NCBI RefSeq assembly: GCF_964355755.1
Contig: NC_092670.1
Location: 36,010,388 to 36,074,387, forward strand
Length of the DNA: 64,000 nt
Reading direction: 5' to 3'
DNA from: Antedon mediterranea
Taxonomy: Eukaryota; Animalia; Echinodermata
Shown: positions 1 to 37,064 of the stretch, in pieces
Numbering within the stretch: the first letter of the stretch is position 1
How the letters are laid out: each line of letters starts with the position of its first letter
Position numbers and translations under genes: made by a program
Notes under the pieces: model-generated
The model's input: only the letters and a program-made list of their open reading frames with translations
What the model was told of the DNA's origin: nothing
The model's database searches: none

Positions 1-78
1 AGTAATGTATTACTAGGCCTAGGCCTAATAATACTAGGTAGGCCCTAGGCCTAGTACTAGGCCTACTTCTAGCGGATA

Positions 79-170
79 CGGTGCCGATCAAGTCAGCCCT
101 ATTATTAAAACCATCTCGCGTCAAGTCGGCCCGCATCAACTCGGCCTCACATCAACTTGGCCTCTAATTA
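79..170 (+). mobile_element. Truncated left end of the CAAGTCGGCC-repeat MITE family
   Basis: GGTGCCGATCAAGTCAGCCC...CAAGTCGGCCC...CAACTCGGCCTC matches the left TIR of the 1207-1993 element; no right end is seen. Confidence 0.6.
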
Positions 171-3100
171 GGCAGTGGATAAAGACAACTATTCCAGGCA
201 AGTCAAATCAAGGTAGTCACTTTTATATTGGAGCTATTTATTATCCTCCGTCTGCCGCTAATGCGGATTTGTTGATTGAGCACATTGTTGATACAATTGA
301 TAACATTCGTTCTATGGATTTCGCTGCTCCTATTGCTATTTTGGGTGACTTTAATGACCTAGATCTAGCTGAGCTGGAAGTGAATGTTGGACTGTCGCAA
401 GTTGTTAACTTCGCTACACGAAAGGATGCCCTGTTGGACAAGATATTTTTGAGTCGTGCTGATCTTTACCATCTTCCGCAACGCTTAGCGCCACTGGGTC
501 GGAGTGACCATAATGCCATCCTATTGGAACCACTGATTGAATTACCTCAGCACAAGCGTCTATCAGTGCGTTCTCAGCCATATCGTGACTCCTCTGTTTT
601 GTCCTTTGGTCAATGGGTTACAACCCATGAGTGGAATGATGTGCTGAATATTGAGGACGTCAATCGAAAAACCAAAATGTTCTCTTCAAATTTGAATGGT
701 GCTTTTAACAAGATATTTCCTGTGCTGAGTAGGAACAAGCGCACTGCTGACAAGCCCTGGATGTCCGACAAGATTCGAAGATTAATTGACTCTAGACAAA
801 ATTTGTTTCGTAGGTTTGGTAGAACGGATGGGTGGCGTTCAATTCGCAACTTAGTCCAAGATTGTATTAGAAAGGCTAAAAACAAATATTATTGTAATTC
901 CTTATTAAGTCTTAAACGTAACAACCCTGCCATGTGGCATAAAGGTATTAAACAACTATGTAATCTTAAGACTAAAAATACTAATTTCACCTTGCCTGGG
1001 CTGTCCAAAGTTGAAACTGCCTCTGAGATTAATGCCCATTTCTCTAGTGTTTGTAATGCCATCCCTCCTCTTAATTTAAACGATTTGCCTGCTTATCTCC
1101 CAGCCCCTGGGCCACCACCTTTAATATATGCTGGTCAGGTCCTAAAAGCCCTTTGTAATCTTAAGCCTAACAAAGCTGGCCATCCAGATGAACCTCCTAT
1201 TAAACTGGGTGCAGGTCAAGTCGGCCCCAAACCGTCCCGGCCAAAGTCAAGTCGGCCCCACGTCAAGTCGGCCCCAAGTCAACTCGGCCTCAAGTCAACT
1301 CTGCCTCAAGTCAACTCGGCCTCACGTCAACTCGGCCAATAACTAATCGGTCAACTCGGCCACAATAAAGTATGGAACGCAAAAAGTGCTTAATATTATT
1401 ACGATTCTTACTATCCACGTTTTAAAAAAAATGAAGAAATAAAAAATATAATATCATATAAAAAAATGAACTCATTGCCGATATGAATAGAAGTACCCGC
1501 GTGTTACAAAAAACACGTGCAGGTACCGTATTTTAGGAAATCGAAGACGGAGGCCTACGTTCCACCATTTGGCCATAGAAAAAATGATCGTACATCGTTT
1601 TTGTGCATGATTTGCGTTTAAAAAAAAGGGGAATCCCCCGGTCAGCGAAAACACGTAGCAGTTGTAGATATCGAAAAAGCTGGCAAACGCACAGGGAGGC
1701 TCAGCTACGAAATTTTATTAAACGTAAATAAAGGAAAGTTGGTGAAATCATTCCTATTTTTTTTTGCTAAATATATTATTGTCTAAATAATAGTATTCAT
1801 TAAAAGTCAGAATTATTCATAGTTAAAAAATTGTGAAGAAATATTATTTTATCAATCCCCTTTATTTGCACTTTTTGCGTTCCATACTTTAATGGGCCGA
1901 GTTGACTTGCGGCCGAGTTGACTTGAGGCCGACTTGACTTGGGGCCGACTTGACTTTGGCCGAGACGGTTTAGGGCCGACTTGGATCGAAACCTATTAAA
2001 CTATATAGAGATTTTGCTCCTGAACTTGCTGAACCTGTTGCGGATATCTTCAATCATGCATTGAAGGATGGTGTTTTCCCCGACCTTTGGAAAAGGGCTA
2101 CTGCAGTTCCCATTCCTAAAACAGTGAATGCTAGTTCTGTCTCTGACCTTAGACCTATTTCCCTTACCTATGTTCTTGCCAGGGTATTTGAATCTTTTAT
2201 TGTTAAGTGGATTCTTGAAGATATTAAGGGTAAATTAGATTCTCGTCAATTTGGTAGTAGGAAAAAGGCTTCCTCAACTCACTATCTTGTTAGTCTTATT
2301 GACTCTACACTCAAAGATGTTGAGAAGGGTAAATGTTATGTTAACCTATGTGCCACTGACTTTACTAAAGCTTTTGATCGTGTTGATCATAATGTTATTA
2401 TTATAAAGTTGATTGAACTGGGTGTGAGGTCGTCCATAATTCCCATCGTCTGCAGCTTTCTCACTTCCCGTTCTCTCAACACCAAGTTTGCTGGGATTTT
2501 GTCATCTTCAAAGTCACTGACTTGTGGTGTCCCACAGGGGACATTGCTTGGCCCTGTACTTTTCCTAGTACTTATTAACGATGCTTGTGTTGATTGCTGC
2601 AGATGATGGAAATATGTGGATGACCTCACCCTTGGGGAGGTCGTTCGCAAAGGTGATTTGCCTTCCATGCAATCCCTGTTAGATGATCTGAGTGTTTGGT
2701 GTTCATCCAATAATATGATACCCAAACCCTCCAAATGCCATATCTTGGTTGTCAATTTTCTTAAGGACAAGTCGGATGATATTATATTGCCTTCTTTTAG
2801 TCTGAGTGGTTCCATTTTACAAGTACTGTAGTTGATCACATGACGCTTCTTGGTGTAATCATTCAAAATGACCTGAAATGGGAACTTAACACTAATAATA
2901 TTGTGTCTAGAGCTTCTAGACGTTTATTTTCCTTGTGCATTTTGAAGAAAGCAGGAATCTTAATTAATGATCTGTTGACTGTTTATATGGCGTATATAAG
3001 ACCTATTTTAGAATATGCTGCCCCTGTTTGGCATGGCGCTATCACTAAGGACATGTCCAAGTCTATTGAAAAGGTACAAAAGAGAGCATTGCGTATCATG

Positions 3101-3577
3101 CTAGGTAACAACTATTTGTGCTATGATCATGCATTGTCTGTTACTGGTTTACCTACTCTTGTAGAGAGAAGAAACAAACTTGTGTTGTCTTTCGGGGAAG
3201 GCTTATTAAAATCCGAGCTGTTTAGAGAAATACTTCCCCCTCTTCATAAGCCAGCTCGGTCTCTCAGAGTCAACCGCTTTCTAGAAGTACCTCATTGTAA
3301 AACCAGCAGACTTAGGTCGTCTCCAGTTCCCACCATGGTGGATATAATTAATAGGCACCACTAGCTCTTTTTTAGATATGTAATAAGTGAATGTTTTAAG
3401 GTTTTTTATTCATGTATGTTTTTAATTGTATGGTACGATATCTAATTTTATTAAGATGTTTCTATTTTTATAGCAATTTTAACTAATTTTTAGTCATTTG
3501 TAATACATTTCATTTCAGTCCTTGACTGTCGTTTTGTAATATATTTTTATATACCGAATAAATAAATAAAAAAAAAC
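171..3577 (+). mobile_element. 5'-truncated non-LTR retrotransposon (CR1/Rex-Babar-like EN-RT ORF2), inactivated
   Basis: APE endonuclease motifs (GAIYYPP, LGDFN, SDHN), RT motifs (DFTKAFD, GVPQGTLLGP, YVDD), RPILEYAAPVW and an (AATA)n/A tail at ~3557-3577. The ORF is broken by a MITE (1207-1993), one TGA (2604-2606) and a 5-bp insertion (2826-2830). Confidence 0.93.
1207..1993. mobile_element. Foldback MITE with 9-bp TSD (Mutator/MULE-like) inserted in the LINE
   Basis: TATTAAACT is duplicated at 1198-1206 and 1994-2002. GG...CC termini; long TIRs built of CAAGTC(A/G)-CTCGGCC units. Removal restores the reading EPPIKL-YRDFAPELAEP. Confidence 0.92.
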
Positions 3578-4170
3578 TTTGCACTATTGACACGGAAGAA
3601 TACCTGACACTTTAAAGTATTTAAGTTATAGTTATACATTTTAATTGAATTCTTTATTATTTACATTTAATTTTTAATCCAATGTTTTCCTCCTAATCAA
3701 ATCAAATTACCTTAATTTTTCTTATTCTCAATAAGGATAACGTTTAAGTTCAATCTCATTCTCAGGGAAGAATTCCCACACTATTAATATTATTATAATC
3801 AAACGCTTTATATATATATATATAAAGACTCTAAAATAAACAGAGTGAGACTGAGAAGATGAAAATTTATACAATCCCTATACCAAGGCAAGATGTGTTG
3901 ATAGAACTCAGTATTGACCCAAAAATTAAAATGTTTGATCCAAATTGTCAGAAAATGTTTAAATAATGAATACATCAAAGTTAGTTTTTAAGAAGACTGC
4001 AATTAATAGTTTGTATCTATGGCAATCCTAGATTTGATTGAAGAATAAAACAAAAACTGGGTTTCTTTGTGTGCAAAATCATTGCGCAATATGCACACAA
4101 TGACAAGCATTGCACCATGTATCATAAACTGTTATAATGTGCTTTAAGTGAAGTTGTATCAGTAAATCTC

Positions 4171-4310
4171 CTTGTCTACACACTAAAACTAAGTGTGATG
4201 TGCCCAAATATGGTAGAGATATGACCAAATATGGTAGTGATATGACATCATTATGTCCATATATGGGCACATCACATTTTGTTGTCACATAGAGTTTGTA
4301 GACTGAGCTT
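4171..4310. mobile_element. MITE family A (TIR AGCTCTGTCTACACTATCAAACT, internal 21-bp repeat), PIF/Harbinger-like
   Basis: TGTCTACA...TGTAGACTGAGCT ends and GATATGCCCAAATATGGTAGT-type units; at least 7 related copies in the window. Confidence 0.75.
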
Positions 4311-5257
4311 CACTAAATTCTGTCAGATGACGGTGGTTGTTATTAACCGAAGTACTGTAGTCTTTATAAATCCCATCCTTTTAAAAAAATTCAGTTATTT
4401 TTTTGTACACTAATTGTTTTATTATCATTTGTATTATTAAATACTGTACTGTTCAGTTTGTAGTTACAATTTAGACCACGCCCTTCAACTTCAGTACAGT
4501 ATATGTTTAGCCCTAATCTAGAATTGATAGTGTTACTGTTCTGTGCCGGCTGAGTGATCTTCAATAGTGTACTAACAGTTAGCCTTTTTGGTTAAAAATT
4601 ACTATCAGTTGCTATCCAAAGCTGCACGATTTCAATCGTACAGTATCTCTCATTACATTATCATATCACCAGCTTTAATACGCAATATCATGGAACATTA
4701 AAGAAACAACTTATAAAAAAAACAAAGTTTAATGACTTGATGGCTGAGAATAAATGTTGACATATTATTGGTAAAATTTAGTATTTTTAATTTTTATTGT
4801 CAATATTTAGTATCTAATGTGATACTGTATGACACACATAATTGAAGAAAAACATTTAGTAGGGCTTACTTAAGACAGTGATGTAGCACAAGAAATAAAG
4901 TGGTCCAATTTTCGCAAGAAGAGGGAACGATCTCTGTTCAAGCCACTGGGTCGTCAAAGGCCTCTGTGAAAAAGTGGTCAAGTTAAAACCTTACCAACTT
5001 TACTGTGGCTACGGCCCTGTAAGAGGACTTTTATATTGGATAGCCTGACTATTTTGCATGAAAATTAACTCTGAATTTAGGACTTGACTTCTATGCAGTT
5101 GAGTTATACAGTAGTTAGTATGCATGGTATGTTATTCATATAATTGAGAGGAACTGTGATGTTGATTACATCAATCAAAGTCTGCCCAAAGACCTAAATC
5201 AAGAATGGTGGGAAAGGTACTGTACGGGTGTAAGAGTAATCAATTGAATTTATAACA

Positions 5258-5510
5258 TCGGCAAGGGTTCGAGACTCACTCGCTCCATGGTTCTGGTAGA
5301 AGAACAAGTCTTCTCGGATAAGGACTATATAAACCGTAGGTCCTGTGTACACATCAACAGTAGCTCATGTGCATTTTTAAGAACCTAGTACATCTTTCGA
5401 TACGAGTAGGGGGTTGCCCCGGTGTACTAGTACTCAGCCACTGGTTATAACTGGGCCCTCTGGGAGACCAGCCTTTGACTGAAGAGGTCACCCAGTATAA
5501 CAAAATAATT
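5258..5510 (+). mobile_element. tRNA-derived SINE, possibly Meta-domain type
   Basis: B-box-like GGTTCGAGAC, then GGATAAGGACTATATAAACCGTAGGTCC...TTAAGAACCTAGT...TCGATACGAGTAGGG; a related reverse copy lies at ~56690-56960. Confidence 0.6.
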
Positions 5511-5610
5511 CACACACACTCATACACTTACTATAAAATATTGTTTTTTTATTTTTTAGCCAGGCAATGCAGTCGAATCTTTAACTTGGATTTTTAAAAT
5601 AAATCCCAAA

Positions 5611-30080
<24,470 letters not shown>

Positions 30081-30716
30081 CCAAGATATCCTACAGACAG
30101 TTTTAATAACCTGCACAGTTGTAATGCAAAATCAGTTTTTCTAACATCATCCTAACATTCTAGGAGCTATTTAATTGATAAGTTTTCTTTGTTAAAATAA
30201 TGTATTTTGTTCTAACATAATCTTATAATTGATAAATTTAATATTTTTGTTTATTCTTAAATCATTTTCTGTAAGTTATAGTCTAGTGGTTGCATAGTAT
30301 AGTATAGTACTACAAGACCGTAGGCTGGGGGGGGTACCTTCCCACTGAGGAAGAAAGAGTTATCTATCTTGCACGCATGTTTTTTATCTGTGTTACAGTG
30401 TTTTTTCATCAAGATGCATTAATTGAAGCATCAAATGGACTTTGATTTACAAAAGTATTACATAAATAGTGTACTTTTTTAGGACCAATTTAATTTAATA
30501 TTTGATATGAATACAGATATATTGGACATTATTAAATATTTATTATCTCACAATTAATGTAACTATAATTGAAGGATCATAACATATCCTATACAGAGAG
30601 ATTTGTAAAAATACCGAGACCAATGCTTTACTTTTATATGTTGATATTACTGATAATATTGGACAAAAATTGGACAATTTTCTATTAAAAATATCACAGA
30701 AAACAGGAGCTATATG

Positions 30717-30882
30717 GAAGAATAAGATCTAGCCCAAACCAGACAGAACTAGAATGAACCATATCGGTCCAGAACAAACTAGATCGAACTAGATGAAACA
30801 ATATCGGTCCACAACAAACTAGATCGAACTAGATGAAACAATATCGATCAAGATCGAACAAGATCAAACTAGAATGAACTGG
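30717..30882. repeat. 10-bp-period minisatellite (ACTAGATCGA-like) inside a ~300-bp duplicated unit
   Basis: CTAGATCGAA/CTAGATGAAAC units; flanks repeated at 30660-30970 and 30977-31170. Confidence 0.6.
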
Positions 30883-31421
30883 TTATTTTTTTGTTAGTTT
30901 TGAAAGAAATATCACGGGATGTTAAATAATGAAGTTTAAATTTTCGTGAGAATTATTTTTCATTTTTGTTTGTTTTAATTGGACAACTTATATTAAAAAT
31001 CTCACCGAATATGGAGCTATATGGCTAGAACTGGATAAAACTATATCGATCAAGGTCAAACTAGATTGAACTAGAATGAACCAGTCCTTTTTTTAGTTTT
31101 GAAAGAAATATCTCGGGATCTTAACGAATGAAATTTAAATTTTACAAGAATTAATTTTTATTTTGTTTGAAAAAGAAATATTGTATTGTGAAGAATGATT
31201 TTATATAAAAAAAGTATGTCTTGGATGAAAGAGTATTAATGAATGAAATATTTATAGAGAAAAAACAAGAATGAAAGTGACATTTTTAATTACTATTATA
31301 GTGTAAAATTTAAAAAAATAAATAATATTTTAGTAGCATTATTTAAGTATTTAGAATCTGTTAATATATTTACTGTTAGATGTTGTTTTGTTTGGCCTAT
31401 GTATTATTGCCTTCCAATCAT

Positions 31422-31810
31422 AAAGATACATTGTCTCCCAAAACATGAAAAATAAAATCAAACTTTGAATAGGCCATTTTATAGTTTTGATAAACTTATT
31501 CACTTTTGCCAAACAAAAATAATAATTTTGCTTATAAAACACAAAATGAATAGTTATAAACATAACTAGGAACTCTTTCTTTAAACGGATGTGTTATCGG
31601 GAAAATATATATATCTGTTTCGATCCAATTTTTGGTTAAACATTAAAATGGCCTCTTATACATTGTACATACACGAAAATAAATAATGTTTTTAAAACAC
31701 ATTGACTGCAGACAGCCAATTTGGGGTCAAAGTGAATAACTATTATGTGACATTAAAATGCCATATTTACCAAAAATGTTAATAATTTTTTCAGGGGGAC
31801 AAATATCTAT
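31422..31810. mobile_element. Decayed relative of the TTAA-target MITE
   Basis: TAAAGATACATTGTCTCC...GGGGGACAAATATCT; shares TAACTATTATGTGACATTAAAATG-type blocks with 39522-39843 and 58950-59216. Confidence 0.55.
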
Positions 31811-31849
31811 CTAATTTATCATTTATAGGCCTGTCTATATTGATAGCCT

Positions 31850-32140
31850 TATTTATCTGATCATCGTTGAATTTGTCTTCATCCTTGTCATCACTATAAT
31901 CATCATCTTTCATATCAATATCATTATCTTGCTTCCGTATCAGCAACATTGTCGTCATAATCATCATCACCATAATAATCAAATTCGTCATGGTTATCGT
32001 CATAATCATTGTCAACAAAATCGTCGTCGTCATAATCATAATCATCAAATTCGTCATGGTTATCGTCATAATCATCAAATTTGTCATGGAATATCATCAT
32101 CATCAACATCATCGTCGTCGTTATCATCATCATCGTTACA
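31850..32140. repeat. Degenerate (ATC/GTC)n trinucleotide low-complexity tract
   Basis: TCA/TCG/TAA triplets with internal ~30-70-bp duplications. Confidence 0.8.
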
Positions 32141-33752
32141 TCGCCAACACTTAGATGTGTGACCTAGTTATAATACAGTAATATTGGCGTGTGATGACTA
32201 TGTACCGAAAACACTGTAGTTTAATTTAGATTACTAAATTTAACTTAGCTGTTTATACAGGCGATAATAAAGGGAATCAAATAAACAAGATGATTGTTTT
32301 CAGTACAGTTTAATTGGGCTTAGGCCTACTGTATATTATTTATTGTTGAGTTAACGTTTATTTTTCTCTCCATTAAAATGCTGTTTTTTAACAATCTAAT
32401 ACACTGTAATATATGGAACGAAACATAGCATTTAATAAAAACAAAGTTAACTTATAGTGGATGGAATATAATGTAAAAAAGGGCCTAACCTAGAAATAAT
32501 TGCGTACAAAGGTTTTTAAGTGGATTTCACTTCTTCATCATGTACTGGATCTGAGAAAAAAAGTCCTGAAAAATCTGAGCCCGCGAAAGGTCATTTTGGG
32601 TCATTATAAGGTCATTTGAGGTCAAAAAGTTACAATATCACGTTTTTGGACATAAAATATTTTTCCAACATCGTTTTTACCTTGATATTGGTGTCAAAAT
32701 AAAGCTTATTAAATTTGGAATTCAGTGACATAAACTTTATTGATTACTAGTACATTTTAATATTTATTTAAAGCTAATTAACTATTTTTTATGCACTTTT
32801 TTACAAAAAATTGTTTTTCAAAAAATATTCAATGACATTTTATAGCTCACTAGGAAGCTTAAAATGTTTCAATGTTTTCCTAAAAATATCTGTAGGACTC
32901 CAAGACACTAGAGTGAAATTTTCAAAATCATAGCCTCAATAATGAGGAGTTGAGCACTTTTTAAAACTTTGTGATTTGAAATAAATGTATTTGTATGAAT
33001 AAACCTTTGGGTTTCCATACCTAATGTTTCTTGAAATAGAGCTTTCTGATTGGCTGTAAGTTTTATGCAGCCTGGAACCAGCATCACTACACCGCCAGAA
33101 AAAGTTTTTGTCAAGAGTTTTATCATTATTTTGCAGGTTTGTGTTTATGTTCATTATGTTTAGATAAGACAGATAATTAATTGAATAATGAAATTATTAC
33201 CAGATATCTATGATTAGACCTATTACTAGGCCTAGGCTCTGATGGGTGCTAGGTCTAGCTGAGCTAAGCCAGGTAGGAAGGGGATGCCTCCTAACCTAGC
33301 TAAGCCTAGCCTAGGCTGGGTAAGGGGTTCTAGGAGCCTGTAGACTTAGGTTGAGGCCTTTGTCTTGTCTGACTAAAAAGGGACCTACTTCAATACTCAC
33401 CTAGGCTTATATAAATATAAAGTGATATTAGGGTATTATACTTTATAAATCATTAACTTGAAAATTAAACATTTAAATCATTTTTTCAACTAGGCCTAGC
33501 CTAGTCCATTAAAGTACGGTGACACGTAGGTGCCTTGTACCTTTGTCACTAATGATTTGCTATTACAATTACAGTACTGTAAAACTATTATCTGGCTGTT
33601 TAAAATGGATTACTGTATTCCTTTATATAATATTTTAAACTATAAATAGGCCTAATATACTTGACTTGTCTACGAACTGACCCAGGTGGTTAAAAATATA
33701 AAACATTTTACAGTTTACTAAATGTACTGTATGCTTTTTTTTCAGTCTCATT

Positions 33753-36700
33753 ATGGAAGCGAGTTCCAGTGGTTTGACAACATGTCCATTTTGTCGTGGA
33801 TATTTTCATGACAAAAATAATGTTGCAACGATCAAATTACAAAAAGGAGTTGACACGATAAATACCATGAGTAAAAACAGAGGGGATAGCATCCATGTAA
33901 CCATAGGACAACAAATACACAAAGATTGTAGAAAGAAATATACTCATCCATCGGAAGTAAGATTTAAGTTTTACATTATATTTTGTTTAATACAGTTTAT
34001 AGCAATAACTTATTATGATAAACAGATAAACATTTTTAATCATATTTTGTAAATGATTACTGAATACTACAATCTCCATTACATTACAGCTCCCAAAGAA
34101 AGAAGGCCCTTCAAGGACTGCCGAGAAGAGGAAAAGTAGGGCGGATAGTAGTGCTTTTATTAGTAGTACTGACTGTGTATTCTGTGGAACTAGAGTTGAT
34201 GCCAACAGATCTGAATTTAGCTATGTGAAAACTTCTGGAGTTGTTAAATCAATTAAAGAAATCATTACAAATGTTCGGAAATTTGACACATGGTCATTGG
34301 CTGTCAATGCTCGGATAGAATTTTATGGAAGTGATCTTCATGCTGCTGATGCTATCTACCATCGCCAATGCTATAGAAATTTTCAATCTGGTCTGGCCAT
34401 TCCTGTTCGATTCCAATCATCTACTGGAGAACCGGCAAAGCGAAAAAGATCTGGAAGGCCAATAGATGAAGGTCAAGCACAAGCATTTTCTCAAGTATGT
34501 TCTTTCCTTGAAAGTAATGATGAAGAACAGTTAACGATATCAAACTTAAAAGGTATGAACATATATTCACAATCTTACTTAGAGTTTAACTATTAATATA
34601 TTGTAAAAAAAGGAAGGTAAAGGTGGCTGCCGCAGCCGGAGTGCCCATCTCTCTTTCTTTAACGTTTGGGCCAGACTGTACAATGCAACTCCTCCCGCAC
34701 AAAGAGTCTGTTTACCTTCCTAGCAAGCGCTGGTCCATTTATACACCTGGATGAAGAGGGACAAACGTTGATAAAGTTCCTTGTTTAAGGAAACACCCCA
34801 AGTGCCAAATCCCAACCTCACGATCAAGAGACCGTCTCCCTACTCGCTGTGCCACCTGACTTCCACTTGTATACAATATGCAAACAGATGTTATTTTAAA
34901 TATTTCTTTACTATTTGTTCACAGAAAGAATGAAAGAGTTCATAGATGATGAATCAGAACCATACACCAACAAACACATGAAGAATAGGCTAAGGGAGAG
35001 ATACCAGGATAACATTTGCATTTCTGAAGGTGATGGATATAATGATTTGGTCAATTACCTGAGATCTGCATACTTCTATCTACAACAAATGAACAGACTC
35101 AAAGACGATCATCCTGATGTATATGACCGCTTTTGCAAAGGCTTGAATGTGGTACGTCGAACAAATAAATTCTGGGCTGGTGTAAGTTGTGACCTCGCTA
35201 TCGAGCAAACCCTGATGCGGTCGGTAAAAAGCACAGGAGGTCTAACCAGAGGCAGTAAGATGAGTGAACATTCAAGAATGTTGTGGGTTCTTACAAGGCC
35301 ATGTATGTCAGCATTCAATGAATCCATGCAGTCATTTACTAATAAAACGTTTGCAACCAGTGATCAACACAAAGAGGCTGCGCCTTCTAGTATACACAGA
35401 GATACAATTGATACTGATAAATTGCTAGCTAAACTCAACGGATGTTCACCATTTTCAATGGAACTAACCCTTCGTAATATCGTAAATGGTATGGTAGCTA
35501 ATGATGATGTCAATGTTCTTCAATATCAAATGGTAGCTGAAAGTGTCATCTCTCAAATGAAGCAACAGTTAGTCTTCTCACATAAATTTAAAAGAAAGGA
35601 AAGAGCCAGGACACTAGCTGAAGTGCCATTGTTGTTGCACCTGACAGATCTATAGATCCTGGACTCTTATTTCAAAGATGTCTCATTGTGTCACAAACTG
35701 GGAGCCTGTCTTTGGAAGAAATGCTTACGTTTGAACTGAGTCCCTTTCCCCCATCATTGTTTGAAGGAAAGAATTTGCTCCGGAAAGCAGACAAGCCGCA
35801 ATTGCTTCACGCAATTATTGATCAAGGACAAAAGAAATCGTCAGACATATTACTATGTCAAAATGCCGTCCCCAAAACTGACATCTATGTCTTCGATGGA
35901 GGTTCTTTAATACACCGACTGCCATGGAAGAAGGGCGAGTTATACCATGAAATTATTACGTCTTATTGCAAGCTAGTTAGAAAGTATGCATCCACAATAG
36001 TAGTGTTTGATGGCTATGGAACACCAACAACAAAAGATGTTACACACTTGAGGCGTGGAAAAGCTGACCACTTAGATGTCAAATTTGACGAATCTACAGT
36101 ATTTGACACAAAGAAAGAGAAATTTTTGAGTAATACCAACAACAAACACAGATTTATCAACATGCTTGGAAAAGAGCTTGAGTCAGTAGGTGTAGAAGTC
36201 ATCCATGCACCGGGTGATGCTGATGTTCTCATAGCAACTACTGCTATTAATGCTGCCAAGAATAAATCAGTCACACTCATAGGAGAGGATACAGACCTTC
36301 TTATCCTCCTTTTGCATCATACCCGTCTAAGCTTGAATAGGATAATTTTTAGATCCGACAAAGCATCAGCTACAAAAGCGACAGATATCATCCCCTTAAA
36401 GAAAGCACTTGGATCTAACCTTTGTTCAAAGCTCCTGTTTTGTCATGCCCTTACAGGATGCGATACGACCTCAAGAATATATGGCGTTGGAAAGAAGGCA
36501 GCTTTTAAAAAGCTGCTTGGTGATGATAAAGTTCTAAGCTCTTGTGCCAAAGTCTTGACATCCAATTGTCAAACTAAGAAAAAGATTGAAGAATATGGTC
36601 GGAAAGCGATGGTGGCTCTCTTTGGAGGAAGTAGCAGTGAAACATTATTAAGTTCGAGGAGGAAAATTTTTAACAAGAAGGTTGCTGGTTCCAAATCATT

Positions 36701-37064
36701 TGTTGGGCCTGAAAGACTACCACCTACTGATTGTGCAACCGATTTTCATAGTCAAAGGGTATATTTGCAGATTATGACATGGTCTATGAATGATACAGAT
36801 ATGGTGTTATCGGAGTGGGGATGGAAGGAAGAAGACAACCGCCTAGTTCCACAAATGACAACCGAGGATGCTGCACCACCTCATCTGCTCAAAATGATAC
36901 ATTGCAATTGTAAGACTGGATGTGGTACACCTTGATGTGGCTGCAGACGATATGGCCTACAGTGTACATCTACATGTGGATCATGCCAGCTAGAAGGATG
37001 CGAAAATTGCCCAATAATTGACATCGAAGGCGACATTGATGATGATGAAAGTGATGACGAGTAG
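33753..37064 (+). pseudogene. Spliced Academ protein gene remnant (N-terminal Cys/His region, XPG/PIN-H3TH nuclease, CXC/Cys8 finger)
   Basis: Exons 33753-33956, 34090-34552, 34925-37064. Motifs DLHAADAIYHRQC, DLAIEQTLMRS.K..GG, FDGG, VVFDGY, GDAD, GEDTDLL, HALTGCDTTS, CNCKTGCGTP*CGC. Frameshift near 35620 and TGA at 36933-36935. Confidence 0.85.
34606..34870 (-). mobile_element. CORE-like SINE inside the transposon intron
   Basis: The minus strand reads GGTGGCACAGCGAGTAGG..CCTTAAACAAGGAACTT..TCCAGGTGTATAAATGG, with a TTTACC-type tail. Confidence 0.6.

Noticed and set aside
1207-1342. C-terminal extension of the 357-aa ORF (GAGQVGPKPS...)
   Set aside because: Read-through into the inserted MITE TIR.
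2604-2606. In-frame TGA as selenocysteine or programmed readthrough (also 36933-36935)
   Set aside because: Both lie in elements with other lesions; a CGA>TGA transition is simpler and no SECIS was recognised.
31791-32162. Asp-rich, His-rich and Met/Thr-rich ORFs
   Set aside because: These are alternative frames of an (ATC)n-like microsatellite with no supported exon structure.
36095-36101. TACAGTA inside the Academ nuclease ORF
   Set aside because: The frame is intact (ESTVF), so this is a chance match and not a footprint.
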